A DNA stretch of 63,506 nucleotides, counting the filler, from Phoronis australis (taxonomy: Eukaryota; Animalia; Phoronida), in assembly GCA_002633005.1 (NCBI GenBank). It is 8 parts of 8 records of this genome, joined end to end, with 100 filler letters (N's around TTAATTAATTAA, not from the genome) between each part and the next. Parts side by side here need not be neighbours in the genome. Positions count along the whole stretch, not along the records: positions 1 to 23,237 come from NMRA01000266.1; 7 more parts are not named here. The stretch is one strand, 5' to 3'. How positions within the stretch are numbered: position 1 is the first letter of the stretch; each line of letters begins with the position of its first letter. Below, in pieces: positions 1-14,575 of the stretch. The notes below the pieces were generated by a model that was given only the letters and a program-made list of their open reading frames with translations, searched no databases and was not told where the DNA came from. Both the position numbers and the translations under genes were made by a program.

Positions 1-1030
1 GTTGACCAAAATGTATCCTAGAATAGATTACTTTAGATACATAATGACCATATTTAGAGTCCCAGTCTGCATGTGAATAACAGGACAACTCCCCAGGAAT
101 CCCTGCCAATTAGGATACATCAACTAAAGGACCAGTTTTATTGGGCAGTTGCATTCCTCAAAGAAGGAATGGGCCTTTGTCATCATTTTCACTAGAACAT
201 CATCCAATATACAACTCGGAAAAAACAGGCTGTTAGCTAATATCCTTTATAAATGGAAGAAGGTTAATGACGTAACACAGTATAGCAGAGTATAACTTTC
301 ATTATTCATGGTGATTGATGTGAGTTGCTAATGACAGGGGAAGGCTGCCCCTTCTTCTCAAGTCAAGTGTTTATCGGAAACAGGAGTCTGATCTTGTATG
401 GGGAGGGGAAGAGGGGCAATGAGGAGGGGGAGGGGCAATGAAGAGGGGGAGGGGCACATGATTCACAATGTTGGGTGAGCTGTATTTAAGTTTGGTGAAA
501 CCTATCGACTCAGGGACTAAGCGTAGACAATAACAAACAAAAAGTATGTGAATATAGACTGCTCGTGTTACGTTATTACGTTTACTATGCCATCGTTTAC
601 CTGTCTAACTTATACAAGGCATACAGTAGGAGTTACTTTCCTTTCCAAACACNGGGGAGGGGCACATGATTCACAATGTTGGGTGAGCTGTAGTTAAGTT
701 TGGTGAAACCTATTGACTCAGGGACTAAGCGTAGACAATAACAAACGAAAAGTATGTGAATATAGACTGCTCGTGTTACATTTTTACGTTTACTATGCCA
801 TCGTTTACCTGTCTAACTTATACAAGGCATACAGTAGGAGTTACTTTCCTTTCCAAACACTATCAGTAAAGTCAAACCCTTTGTTTCAGCAACCACTTAC
901 TGAAAGTTTCAAAAAAACTCTAAAAAAATGTGTCGCCAAAATCATCATTTTCCCTCTTCAAAAGCTCACTATATTGTTAAAAACGGTCAGACATCATGCT
1001 GTGTTTGTTGATGACAGTTGTACAGAACAT

Positions 1031-1261
1031 GATTACTAATACTAAGCATTTGACTATGAGAGTATTTCAAAACCATGTAATCCCCTCACACTGTGTAAGT
1101 AAGGTCAGATTACTAATACTAAGCATTTGACTTTGAGAGTATTTCAAAACCATATAATCCCCTCACAATGTGTAAGTAAGGTCAGATTACTAATACTAAG
1201 CATTTGACTTTGAGAGTATTTCAAAACCATATAATCCCCTCACACTGTGTAACTAAGGTCA
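1031..1261. repeat. Tandem repeat, ~77-bp unit x3
   Basis: GATTACTAATACTAAGCATTTGAC...GTAAGGTCA recurs at 1031, 1108 and 1185. Confidence 0.9.
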
Positions 1262-1384
1262 TATGTCTCAAACTTCTGCATCACTGATGTTGTTTCAAAC
1301 ATCTGCTCCTTCTGTTAAGTCAGACTTACTCCATTAAAATGTCCCGGTCTAGTTGGATCCGACTGACGCACCTTTAACCATCTT

Positions 1385-1835
1385 AACCATTAAGAGCCTC
1401 GTTACTATGGAGACCAACAATGTTCACTAGGCATACTACTAGTATCTGCTGTATTTGATGCTGCTGTTGGGCAAGTTTTACAAAAAAACTTAATCATTAA
1501 GATCCTCGTTACTATGGAGACCAAAAATATTTACTAGGCATTCAACTAGTATCTGCTGTATCTGCTTTGGCTATTGGGCAGTTTCACCATATATCTTAAT
1601 CATTTAGAGCCTCGTTACTATGGAGACCAACAATGTCCAATAGGCATAACACCAATACCTGCTGCATGTGCTGCTGCTGTTGCGCCATCTGGCTGTAGTA
1701 CTCTTGTCTTGGGTCTGTCCATGTTGTTGTGCGTGTCGAGTGGTTGATATAGAAGCTGAAATTGTGAACAGGCACTGCAGGTCAAATGTCAGGCACTGGA
1801 GGTCAAATGTCAGGCATTGGAGGTCAAAGGTCAGA
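1385..1835. repeat. Degenerate ~107-bp tandem repeat x3 followed by a 21-bp repeat x3
   Basis: CCTCGTTACTATGGAGACCAA at ~1397, ~1504 and ~1609; AGGTCAAATGTCAGGCACTGG-like units at ~1779-1835. Confidence 0.7.
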
Positions 1836-4129
1836 CATAATGGTTTGGTGGCCTAAATAATAATCATAAGACAAGTTCCCACTTGACCAGACATCTACGA
1901 TTTTACATCAGCCCATCTAAGGAGATGAGATCCTAGGTACGAGGAATATACTAGGTTAACATTCAGTCCAAGGTAGTACTTCCAGTAGTCGGATAGGTGG
2001 GTCCCTCGATTTGAAAACCAGTTACTAGCACTGAATAACGGGCATTATACAGTGGGCGGAGCTTGTTTTCAAAGCAGGGACCCATGCTGCCGTCCAGTTG
2101 CTTTACTCTCAATAACAGGAAAAATTAATTACCACTCCAAGGAAGTTTAACTTCAGCACTGAACACGGCCTTGGTGCACGATAGCCTAGGCGTAAAGTTT
2201 ATATATGAAATATAAAGCTTTGCACCTATGTGGGTAAAAAAATGACCAGATAATATCTGTCACAAAATAAGTGTCATTAAAAACTCCTCTCTTCCTTGAG
2301 TAAACTAACTTATTTACCGGTGTTGGAAAAAATGGCGTTTTGCCATTATTGTGCTGCTAAAGTTGTGGAGCGATCTTTTGCATCAGCTTTCAGCACCGCG
2401 GAATATTGCATCACCTTCCCACAAATGTGGGAAAAAGCATCAGAAGAAAACAAAGAGAGTAAAAACAGTTATAAATTAGGCAGAACATGGCCTTGAGAGG
2501 TGAGTCTCAAGATACCATCAGAGGTCTTAAAGTCGTGAGTGCCCTAAAGTCGTGAAGATCTTATTTCCTCTTCTGCGTGGTCTCGCGACATTTGCCGTTG
2601 AAGTTTCCAGTGATCGTCTGCTTATATTTTTGAGATTTATTTTTGAAAATATTCATCATTCAGATTTACTCAAACACGCGCTCCAGGGGTAGCTTGTACA
2701 ATGTATCAAAATGTTCCAGGGTCGATCAAGTTTTGTAAGGCCAAAGCGATAAAATACAGAGATATAATTGATGCTGGGTTCTTAGTGTTTTACGTGAACA
2801 ACCTCATTGAAAACGTCTGTGCACATCAAAGTTGGGTTCAAAACATATAATAATTTATTTCAATTGAAACTGAATTAATAAACAATGCAATGCTTTTTTA
2901 TGTCATCTAGAGTAACTGTAAGCACTGTAGTTGACTTGTGTGGTCTTACTTCGTGCATTTCCGTCTAAACGAAACGGTCACGTCTTTAGGGCCTCATTCA
3001 AATTTGACTGTTTCAAAACTCTGCTTACGGAGACAAACAAGGATCAAGATTGTCAAAACACGTATATTTGTGCAGGCTGATATATGTCCATGACATCACA
3101 TGAGCAGTTGCTAATGGACATTGGGTAGTATGACAATCAGCTGCTTATTATGCTTATTATTCACGACTTTATGTCACCGGTGTCTAGATTCTTGACCTTG
3201 AGTGAGTTTCTCAAAAGAAAGCGAGTGAAAAGCATGGGAAGTGTGAAAGTGGGGAACGCAGAGACAGCGCATATTTAAAAAATGAGACAAGCACCAACAC
3301 GCAGTAAAACATGAAACACTATTGTCAAATACATGTCAAGAGGAGATTTCGCAATCAACCAACGACGTCCAACATCAACAAGCCTACAAGGCTCACTTCA
3401 AGAGCACTGTCAACCACAAAAGGACAAAAATACGAACTTGAATGAATGAATTGTTTATAAAAGTCTTCAAATAAATAATCACTTACTATCGCTGCTGGTT
3501 TGGGTCATATTTCGCCTCCCACCCAGGAGGTACAGGCAACTTCCACCACTCCTGCCCAGTCGCCATTTTTGTTTACAAACATGACGTCACGACGTTCGCA
3601 AACACTCCGATAGATGGTAGCGTATGTCTGTTCGCCTGAGGCAAGGGACTCGGGTGTCAGTTTAGCGGACACGAAATCACGCCTGGGTTTTCACTAAAAA
3701 CATGGGCGCATACAGAGGGGAGGGGGGCTCGAGGACTAAAACGAGCCCCCCTCCCCCCATTTGATGAAGTGGCCAAAAAGGTCGGCCTCAGAGGAACAAA
3801 AACTTCTAAAGTAAATACGAGGCAAAACTCCACTAAAAAGGCACGAACTGACAAAATTTGGCGAATGCACAATTCAGAGCTCTGAACGTACCTCTGTGAA
3901 TCTTAGTAAAGGTCCATATTCTCAAAAATTCGAGCCCCCATTTTTAGATTGGGTGCCTGCATGAAAAATTTCGATTTACAGTCAAGCTATGGATAATTAT
4001 AAACCAAATGCTCATTTTTATTTCTTCAGTTTCTTTTCGTTTCAGAAAAGGACTAAAAATCTCCTTGCCATGAAATAAACACGTCATCATTTGCCAATCT
4101 ACAGAGTAGAGTGAGTGGAGTTAGTCAGG

Positions 4130-4900
4130 ACGGCATACGCTATTTGGTAAATATTGTTTGCGAATATATTAAGAAAAACTTAAGTCATCACTTTAGTCTT
4201 AAAAGTAAAAACAGGTGACGACGGGGAGAGTGCGATCGAAAAGTTTGATCGACGAAATATGAACTCCGAATTAAGCGTTTTCTTGAGTCTCTGGTCTACG
4301 CAATTTTCTTGTTGTATTGGTAAAGGAACTCAAGTTCTATTACAGTGACGTATGCGGTTAATTTTGTGTCTTAACTAATTCATCATTTTTGCAACTAACG
4401 AATACCAAGGAAATACAGTTTTAAAAAACATCACTGTGAAACTTTACGTGATATATAATAATTATAATTTTGGATAGTAGTTGAAGTCCTGTAACCTCTG
4501 TCAATTTTGTTTGTCACATTTCTTGAAACAATATATTTCTTAATTTACAAAGGTGTTTTAAACATGAATTTTGAGAACTTTTATTTCGCATATGAAATTT
4601 TTAGAGCGGGCGATGAGTTAATGTCCTATAAAGATGTCTTGGAAGTTGGCGGAATTGAAAAAGACTGAAGTAAAAACAAATGTGTAACTTGAAATAATTA
4701 AACTAGTGAGATTAAGCGCTTGCTTGATTAAAATTTGTTCAAAAAATAATAATAAACTTCAGTTTCCTACCCGATTGCTTCAGTGCGAGCAAAAATTCAT
4801 GCCTTGTTAGATTTCATAATTAATACTAAGAAGTCCGCGTTTTAAAAATTTCTGCAGATGGGACTGCTTGTGCCATAACAAGACGGAAGTTTACGAAAAA
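4130..4900 (+). pseudogene. Degenerate coding-like repeat, copy 1 (unidentified family)
   Basis: Aligns by eye with ~9100-9990 and ~20400-21815 (e.g. TTTCCTACCCGATTGCTTCAGTGCGAGCAAAAATTCATG); many stops and frameshifts. Confidence 0.5.
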
Positions 4901-7900
4901 AATACAGTCAGTTAGCAACTGAATAAATAGGATAAAAAAATTATTGTTTTGTTCACGCTAAAATGCAAAGATCATGACTTAACAACTATGGTTTTAGAAT
5001 AAATCCTACTCAAGCACCAAATTCCATCAACTTATATCAACATGAGGATTATTCAAATAATTGCCGAAAGAAAGGATACAATAAACATCAGCATGGCTTG
5101 TGCAGACTGTACAATAAGTCCAAATAACAATGAAGTATGTACCATAATATGCTATAAATAACCCTTTAATATTATACAACTCTTGTTTAAGTTGAGATCA
5201 ATTACAACTAAACAAACAGCAACAAGTCATTAGCCTGGTCCACGACATTAGAAATGAACCTGAGTTTCACACCAAAAAGAAATGAGCCTAAGGAAGTAAC
5301 AGCGAACCATATAAAAAACTAAGCCTAACAACTGATTCACGAAACTCGACTATTGATAATTTAAGAGCATGACAGAATATATGTTCAGAACAATATCAAC
5401 TGGCAATTGGAAAGGTCCCACCTACACTTCAGTGCAAAGTATGAACAAAATCTGTAGCTTCTTTTTGCGATGTCATGACAAAGACATTGTGTGCGATACA
5501 GACAGATTATGTCTTCCATATCGTGCCGCGGGGATCGAAAATCACGCTAACGACATTGTGTGACGCATAGACAGGTTGTCGTGAGTTTGGACTTAAACTG
5601 TAAATTTCAAAAAATGAACGAAAAATCACACAGCTTTATTTATAAAACTGGGGCAAAGTTTAAATAACAATGTTCATATACCACTTCTCTTTCAGACACC
5701 TCAAAATTAGCACCAAGCAGAAAACAACTTCTGGACGGCAAAGTTTCATCACGGCTTCTCGAGTGATCGGTAAAGTTTTCGGGTAGAGTGAGCAGAGCAT
5801 TAGTACAAATTTCATTATGAGCAATAGTTTCAAATGGTTGATTTGGACGTGTAATTTATGAAAACATAATTTTGAAATTCAATCAGTCGCTTCCATTATA
5901 TAAATTCCAGACCCTTTTCCAGCAATGGGTGTTAGGAATCATGGAATGACAAGTTGAAATAGCCGTATCACAAGACTGTGCTTCACTGTTCGCCTAAAGG
6001 AAGGTAAAGAGTGCTTTTCAAGTTTCTAACAAAACGGTCCTCAAAATTCAACTTCGATTAAGTTGTCCATCTTAGAAATTTGAGAAAGGTGAAAACATTG
6101 ACTAATAGGCAAGTGTCTTGTGTGACACCGGAATGGGACCGTAACATGAGAGTTCCACCTGAAACATGCAGGTTGTCACAGTAAACCAACATCCGTCGAA
6201 TGATTCAGACGACGGAAACGGATATCTTTATGGTCGGGGAGATAACCAACCATGCTTTGTCCCCTAGTAATGGAAGATTGGGGTCGCACTTGAACGAAAA
6301 TAGCAGGATTCATCAGAAAACACAAAATGGTTCTTGTACAGTTTTCTTTCCCAACTATTGTCGAGTAAACGGCCTAAAGCGTTAGTAATGCTTAGCAGTT
6401 GAAGATGCTTAGTGTGGGGTTTTTAAATTTTCTCTTCCCTTTTAAGTTTTGAGGAGTCACAGAGCATTATTTTATTTTAGAGTGAATTATGGGAAGTGTG
6501 TTAACATCCGGGTTTAGGGACCTTATAAATAACATATTCCATTGTCTGATAAAATGCACATTTTCAAGTACTTGTTCGCAACAGCCATGGCAAAGAAAAC
6601 AGTTGTGGTTCGTAGACATTTGTATTATCAACCTTCCAAATGTGGCGGGATGGGCTCTTGCCCGTTAGTGTGAGTCACTATTCATATTCTGATGTCCGTT
6701 GTGACGTCTACTTGAAGCTATTTGTTGGGTGGTCATTGATATGCAAATGTCCATGGGGGTTCTCTGGAGACCACGTGGTTTGAGTCAGTCTTGAATCGGA
6801 GTTTGTGAAATGTGTCTGTACTGGTAGGAAAAGCAAATATATGGTTTAACGGCAGTCGATGGTCTGATTATTTATTATTTAATGCTAACACGTGACACAT
6901 ACATACATGTACATTATAAGTAAAACGAAACATTTGTAATTGATCTGCCACTCTTGTGACTTGAAGAGTTGTAATGAATACTAAACTTTGTTTAAAGTTT
7001 ACACAAATTTGGTTCCGTCGCCTGCTACGTATACTTACCGGAAAAAATGAAAGTAGTGTTCGGCAAAACATCGATTAATTATCAGTTCATGAACATTCCC
7101 TCATCACTGAAGATATCAGTGAAATTTGAGCAAAGGCGGGTAACAAGACTAACAGACCAAATTGATGAAATTCATAATCAAATGTTGAAATTAACTTCAT
7201 GACAGCCATGTACCTCCGTGCCAGGTACGCGTAAAAAATCCATGACGCCATTTGGACAATAACATCAACAGACAAACAATATCTTGTTGAATCCGGAAAT
7301 CAGTCAGTGCCGGCGCATCCTAGTCATGAACCCTTGTGTCAAATTTCATCAAAGTCGGACAAGTCATTATGACAGTACTGAAGACAAGGAAAGTCAAGAC
7401 AGAAAACAAAATTGCCAATCTGAGTGCAACTATTGTCGATTCTGTCTGTCTGGTTGTTCCCGAAAACTTTACAAAGTTGTTTCACCAAAACCGGGCAAAC
7501 AAAGTCTTATCAAGAACAAATTGTCCAACAGAAGGCGCCATTGCAGTCAAGACAAATGGAAGGATGATGACTATATGAGAGCAAAGTTTTCTGTAGACAC
7601 GTGAAAATCGGCTATGCCAACTATAGAAATCATGTCACAGAACATTGTATTTTAATACATAAAACTTGTGGTAGTAAAAATGTAATAGATCTGTAATTAA
7701 ACTGACAGAAATAGGATTAAAAGGCTGGAGTTACAGCCCACGAACTAACAAAGAAACAAGCGTGTTATCAGACCAAAGAACTCAAGGCGATACTCTCGCA
7801 CAGGTTGGATCGGTAAGCGAGGAACGCCGACGCACTGGAATGCCAACTCCAATCTCGCGGCCGCTCAAATTGCACAGCCCATGCGTGAGCGTAGAATGTA

Positions 7901-9099
7901 TGCGATTGTTCCGGTGTGTGTATTGCTGTGAACTTTACTGTCAAAACTGTTCGCAACTCCGCCGTTTTTTAACCGAATTGCATTAGAACCATTTCGTATC
8001 ATTAGAAAGCATTTTTTTCAGTTCTTGATGTTAATACCAGAACCTAACTATAAATTATTTAATTTCTAGGTAATTATCATTTCTCATACCTGGCTGGTTC
8101 AAAAATATTATTCAATTCAAAAACAAAGTATGTTACCAAAATGAAAAAAAACAACGGTGTAATAGCAACAACAAAAGAGAAATGAGTATTGGAACTCATT
8201 TTTACTATTGTTCATCTTTAAAGAGAGGGATTAAATAATGTCACATCCCGTATCATGGAGATATAGTTATGAATTTCTCTATCCACAATAGCATTTTTTC
8301 GAGTTTCGGAGAACATTTCGTCAGATATTTGTTTCTTTCCCAGTTGCATTGTTGTTCCCCTGATCTCTAATAATCCCTTATTTCGTTTCTTAAAGGAGAA
8401 TGCCACCCAAAAAACAACCTATTTTGTATCAGTTTAGACCGAGTAGTTCCACTTGATAACAGCAAGTACAATTCTTTTACCTGACACCTGACGGCAGGTG
8501 TTCAAATTAATTAATGACGTCCCTCTTCTGTTTCATAAGGCTGATTCAATCTTCTCGACGCTCAGTAGGAAAAATGGTCTTTCTTAGAAAGATTGCGAGA
8601 TTAAGGTACTTGTATTGCCAAAACCACGTAAAATTTGTCTACGTAACCATCTACAACGAAATCATTGCATACAAGCCACTCAAGACACTGAAAAACACAA
8701 GAGCGACTACAGTCAGTGAAGGTTGAAAAATGTTGTCTTATGAAAGTTTGGAAAGTGAATATGAGACCTGAGGTTGTTTCTATTGACTAAAAAATTGTAA
8801 TTTCGTGGGTGTGACGGACGTAAAAATTTGTCGTCCGTTTGTTAAGTGATTCCGTTTGTTAAGTGCCCGCTTTCTTTACTCGAGGTCGTGGGTTCAAGTC
8901 CCACCAGGTCACACCGCTAAACCCTTGAGCCAGGTTTCTAGCTCCTCAGCTCGGTTTTAACCATACATTAATAAAGCATAAAAATATTTCCAGGTGATCA
9001 GTGCAATGGGCCCACATGCGAGGCCTGTGCACGTCTGTTACAACGTGTATCAGACCGCCTGCAATTATTTTTTTTAAAGTGATTTCTGACTTAACAAGT

Positions 9100-9990
9100 A
9101 ATCCCCGGGAATAAAAATACAATTTTAAGAAATATCATAGTGAAAATTAAGTACATGATATAGAATAATTATAATTTTGAATACTAGTAAAAGTCCTCTA
9201 ACCCACTGTCGTTTTGTTTGTCATATTTCTTGAAATAATAGATTTAATTCACAAAAGTGTTTTAAATATAACAAAATTTGAGACCTTTTATTTCGTAGAT
9301 GGGTTCTTTAGAGCGGGCGTTGAGTTAATATCCTATAAAGATCTCTTGGAATTTGTAGGAATTGAAAAAGGCTGAACTAAAAAGAGAAGTGTAACTTGAA
9401 ATATTTAAACTTGTGTAATTTTCCGCTTGCTTGGTTGAAAGACAAATAAGAGTAAAACTTCTGTTTCCTACCCGATTGCTTCAGTGCGAGCAAAAATTCA
9501 TGAGTTGTTAGCAATCATAATTAGTACTAATTAGTCCGCGATTTCAAAATTTGAGCAGATGCGACTACTTGTGCCACAACAAAACGAAAGTTTACGAAAA
9601 CAAATTTCTTGAAGAACACTCCGATACTTTAAAATTTACCAAATAATATGAAACGAAACTTCTGAAAAGTGGCAACATGGAGGACTGTAACACACAATGG
9701 AAATTTTTTCTCAGGTTTTCTTTGACCATGGCACCGACTATTTTTCACCTTACTCTATACACGTTTACATTTTTTGAAATATTACGAAACGGAATGAATT
9801 TAAAATAGCGTCAGGGTACACTCCGCAGTACGGTGTACATTCGCCGCCATCGCCGGATAAAATAGATTTATTGCTTAGTGAAATGCTGGTATCGGTAGTT
9901 TTTAATTGACATTATATCATGTCAAACACGATTTTGATTTGCAAGCGCGAAACAGTGAGTCAAATCAGCATATCATCTATGCAACCGATG
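9100..9990 (+). pseudogene. Degenerate coding-like repeat, copy 2 (broken reading frames appear to continue to ~11450)
   Basis: Shares blocks with copies 1 and 3, including CACTCCGCAGTAC...AGTGAAATGCTGG...AAACACGATTTTGAT with copy 3. Confidence 0.5.
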
Positions 9991-11454
9991 GCTACCGCGG
10001 TCATCCACCCAGGGTCACCGGTCGATGCTTATAAAAATGGCCAGTGTAAATTGTGGGGTATGTTGACTAAATTTACCGAGAAATCGCTGACTGTATAGAA
10101 CCGCACCTCAAGAGTCTCGCTTGATGAACAATAAAAACAAGATTAATATGAAGAAATGAAATTAGGCTTGATTTGAAAACTACAACTGTCGATCAATAGT
10201 CAGTCGAACAGGTACCCGGAAATTTTCAGTGTAAACTGTTCACCCCGGCCAACCCGCGATTGAGAACGCCCCGAAGGCGATGGAGAACGAAATTTGGCGA
10301 GAGTAGAGAAGCCAGACAAGGTGAATAAATTTGATGAATCTTCGTTGTTTCTACTTTCAGTGTAGAAACAGAGGCACAAGTTCAAGGCGTAACACATTGA
10401 GAAAGGATATGTAGAGGTTTAGGAAAGTGTCTCTTCCAATTATTGGAGAAAAGTTACTTTGACCGAGGCATCGGATGAGCCGAAGGTGATTTGTATGTCA
10501 TTTGGCAAATTGTGGTTATTTTTGGCACTATATCAATAAATTTATCTCAAAGTTATGAAGAAATGACGCCTGAAGATGTAACGCAATGCTTGCTTTTCGT
10601 AGTTCTCTCAGGATCTCTGAATTTTCGATACTTTTCTGTTGAAACAAGCGATCGAGAGCGCATTGATATGCGAACGGGAACGCATCGTGGTGTGTAGAAC
10701 AATAATTAGTTTTTACTCAAAAAACGTGAAGAACGTTACAAAATCAGAGTGGTGCAATTAATTAATCACATTTTGCGTCACTTCTGTGTTACATTCGTAT
10801 CAAAACTAAACAATAGCATAGCATATATCCAGTAAATCGCCATGAGCACTAAACGTACATGAAAAATGCTATCTTAGTTATAGATATTTCCACAGATGAT
10901 TTTGTTTTCATATCCGGAAACAAGCTCACTGTTATTATTGTGAAGCGAGCTTCAACGAACATGTTACTCACGACGTGAAGGTACACCCTACCAAGGTTTT
11001 CAAATACAGACATCTACTTTTAGACGAAATCTGTGGGAACAAGGGGCTCTAAACTGAAGACTCACCCAGGAATTGTTCCATGTGGCGTGTCAGCCAAGGT
11101 TTACAAATTGTTGCTGCAGGTGAAAGTGAGTGTCGAATCTTCTTGCAAAATTGTGACAGCAAAAGGAAAAAAAACAAACAGCCTGTGAAGTCAACGAATG
11201 GTGATAAGCTTGCCCATGGGGAGAGAGAGGAGTGCGGCAGCACCATTTAGGAGATGACTCAAAGATTTCCACTAACGAATGTCAGGGATTTAAAAATTGC
11301 CAGAAGTTGTGTAAACTGATGTGCTGATAAAACGGGTTGGATTTTACTTGATGTTTTACTGATATTATCGATACAGAGATGAACAGATGGACTTGTGGCA
11401 CCCGTCTGGCTTGAATGACGTTTTGTAGTCTTGGTCCTAAGTTCACCGTGCATC

Positions 11455-14400
11455 CAGTGGCGGATCTACGGGGGGGCTTCAGGAGGTTTCAACCCTACCC
11501 CTTGGGCCAGAACCAAAAAATGAAAAAACAAAACGTCACCAGCAAAACGAAGCACTGCCAGCGTGTGTAAGCCCTTAGTAAACCACCTCGAAAATTTGAG
11601 AGGGGAGTTCACAATGAAAATACATTTTTTTGCATTGTGATTTGCTGTTATGAAAAGCAACGCATTTCGAGATTTCGTGGCTCGTCGACAAAACGCGCGG
11701 AGTTCAACTGTGCGCCCGCTTCCGTCGACTCTTTTGAAGTAGCCAAGAATTTTAGATGGACCCACCGCTGAAAGAGCAGCTCTGTAGCTGACTTCTTTAG
11801 TTAACTAGCTTCTTTACTCTAAGACATGTTTCGGTTTCATTAGGGAAAATATTGTGGTGCCGCAACCCTGATATTCAGGCCAATTGACGTGCAACGTGTT
11901 TACCTCATCTGTCATGCCGTGTCATGCTATTACACGCCACACGTTTGTAACTCGAATTTGGCTTGTGTCATAATAAGGTTGCCTTGTGCAATCTCATACA
12001 GTGTACATGTAATATTTTTTAAAAATCGATCAACTCGTTTTCGAAGAATTGCTGTTGTGGCGGGCGCCGTGGTCTGGTCGCGAGTCCGTTTCAAGATGCA
12101 CCCTAACAAGTTATGTCTACACACGGAATGACCCCGGGGTGCAGTCACATAGGCAAGGTGACCGCATTTGCGAATACTTACTGTACCAGAAATTGCTGGT
12201 AGGCAAAGTCTTGCGGGACTCGCGCGATGTTCAATAGGCCTTCTAAAGAACTCTTCCGATTTAGGCACCTATCGTCTTTCTACCTGCAGTAAGCACCACT
12301 GCCGTCTTCTATATTGGTAATTTCCATAGAAATGCCCACCCGATGAAACACTCGTGCCCGTCGGCGTTTATTTGGTGTTACACCTTCGGGTGTCAAGTGT
12401 TCAGACATTGGGAGGTTTATTCCAAAATTTGCAAGAGATGCAAATAAGTCCTGGGATACATCGTCAAGGTTTGAAGTAGTCCATGATGAACGGATCCAAT
12501 TTAGTTGCGCATGTAACTCTTTTGAATGGGCTTGGCTACCTCAGAAGGCTTAGTGCCAAACAAGATGCTGACATGGTAGAGGCTTAGAATCTCATTGACA
12601 CAGCAGTTGACGAACAAACATCGAAGAAGTCTGGGTAGAATGGTTCTAAGACGAGCAAACCATTGAATTCAATGTACAGATTCCTCGGTAGTCTAGGCAA
12701 CAGAAGCATAGGACTAAAGTTCCTGCAGAAACACACAGGTAATAAATTATGATTCTACTGTACACAGTTTGTATAAAATTTCGGTTTTCTTTGATGCTTG
12801 TGCACAATGAAAACAAACTAGAAATTATTTTTGGTCATGCCAAATTTACCCAGTACAACACAGGGTCTACTAGCGCACAGAACTGATTCCGGTTTGTATT
12901 TCTACTGGGATCTTTATCTGCTTCATAACCGAAATCTATTTCACGTAGTGCGTAGTTAAATTTGTACTCAATACTTGTTTTTAGCGGGTATTACAGAAGA
13001 ACAGTTGGAATACCGTTCCTGGACAACCTCTCGTAGCAGTTGACCAACATAAATACGCGTATGAGCAACCACTGGGTATTTAAAAGTGTCTAGAGAGAAG
13101 TTTTCAATTCAGATTTTTGCACAGTGCACTTTAGGTGTCGCAAGAGACCAGGGCCCGGTCTCTAATCTTTGTACTCGAAACGAACTCGAAACTATTTTTG
13201 GCAATTTCTCTGCTCCTTTTGTGCGAACTTAAGATAGTTGGTTATCAGACTGTGCTCGAATACATTATAGCTTATGCATAGGAGTTTCTAGTTCAAGTTT
13301 GCCCTTGAAGACCCTTATATTCGTGCAACAAACTCGAGTAAAAACTCGAAACTTCGAGTTCAAACTCGAACTTATTGCTATAATATTGGGTTTACAAACT
13401 GTGAACTAAGGGCAATAAATTATCTCCGTAAGTTATTGTGTACTCGAGCATAGAATAATACCCTGTAGACACTTATCTTGAGTTCGCCCAAAAGTAGCGT
13501 AGAAAATGCCAAACCTAATTTCGAGTTCCATTTCGAGTAAAAAGATTGGAGACCGAGCCTACTTAAGGTCTTGCAAGAGACCAGGCCAACTTGATTTGTA
13601 GATATTGACATTCAGTGTAGGCCTACTTCTGGTCCTTCGGCGAATTAGTCTTGTGATGTTCTTCACCACAGGGTGCTTTGTAAAACTTTTCATCTCAGTC
13701 ATTGCCGTTTGGTCCCGTGACGGATCGACATTTAATACGGATAGTAAGCAAAGGTGTACTTTTGGTCTCGCGACAGACCAGGCCAGCCTATTTGCGTACT
13801 CTCAGTGTACATGTGGCCTTTCTGTGAACTGCTTTTGTATATTTTTTCACCACGATGCAGAGAATGTTTTGGTTCCGTGAAAATGTAATCAGGTGATTTG
13901 CTTGCTGATACATTTGTTATTTTTCAATTGTTGCGACATACCGTAGCACAACAGTCAACGTGATTCAGCTTAATAACGTGATACTTAATTGTCGCTTTTA
14001 ACACTAGATTATGAGCTGAGAGCACCATTGTTCGCCAGATTTTCTCATAACGAGACAGAATATATGTTTATTCCCAGACGTAACAGTGACTGTCTTCGTT
14101 CTTGAACAACTTGAGAGGCTGCTGTCACGCAATCATCTTACTTGGCCGTTGGTGTTCCTTATGCTCTTGAATATTTGGTAGTTGCCTAATCCCGGTCCTG
14201 TACTTTTTCGTATACGACTTTTTATGCAAAAAAGGTGTGTGTAGACAAATGTTCCAACAAGAATTTTTGCTGGTGGCGTGACTCATACCAAGATGTGCAC
14301 AATTATAGTTTCACGAAGCTCATGAGCCAAGTTCATGTTACGAAATCGAGAAAGGTTTTAAATTATCTTAAGAAAAAATCCAGAGACACGTTAACTGCCA

Positions 14401-14575
14401 GAAACTCGCTAGGATGCATGGAAATTTTACTATTTGGCTACAAAAACAAAAAATTGTCTTACACGGTAGGGGGAACCCATCTTTCGACCTTCCCCCCGCT
14501 CGGCGCTGCGCGCCTCGGATTCTACCTTTGCAGGAATCCTGAACCACCCTTACTGAAAACGCAGATACACCACTG
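11455..14575 (+). mobile_element. Degenerate hAT-like DNA transposon with a transposase remnant
   Basis: Imperfect TIRs (CAGTGGCGGATCTACG vs reverse complement CAGTGGTGTATCTGCG, 13/16); GCATC on both flanks; ~12400-12660 translates with breaks to NKSWDTSSR..LLNGLGYLRRLSAKQDADMVEA*NLIDTAVDE..NIEEVWVEWF, resembling PRKRIR/ZMYM1-type hAT transposases. Confidence 0.6.
13152..13559. mobile_element. MITE (~410 bp, ~40-bp TIRs, PIF/Harbinger-like GGCC ends) nested in the hAT remnant
   Basis: GGCCCGGTCTCTAATCTTTGTACTCGAAA at the left end and TTTCGAGTAAAAAGATTGGAGACCGAGCC at the right end; second copy at 47255-47617. Confidence 0.75.

Noticed and set aside
446-860. ~207-bp tandem duplication and ORF 713..1039
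   Set aside because: The copies meet at a single n (653) and differ by a few SNPs, typical of an unmerged contig overlap; the ORF has no protein features.
8881-8945. tRNA gene (B-box GGTTCAAGTCC; similar degenerate boxes at ~17729-17787)
   Set aside because: No cloverleaf; at most decayed SINE heads.
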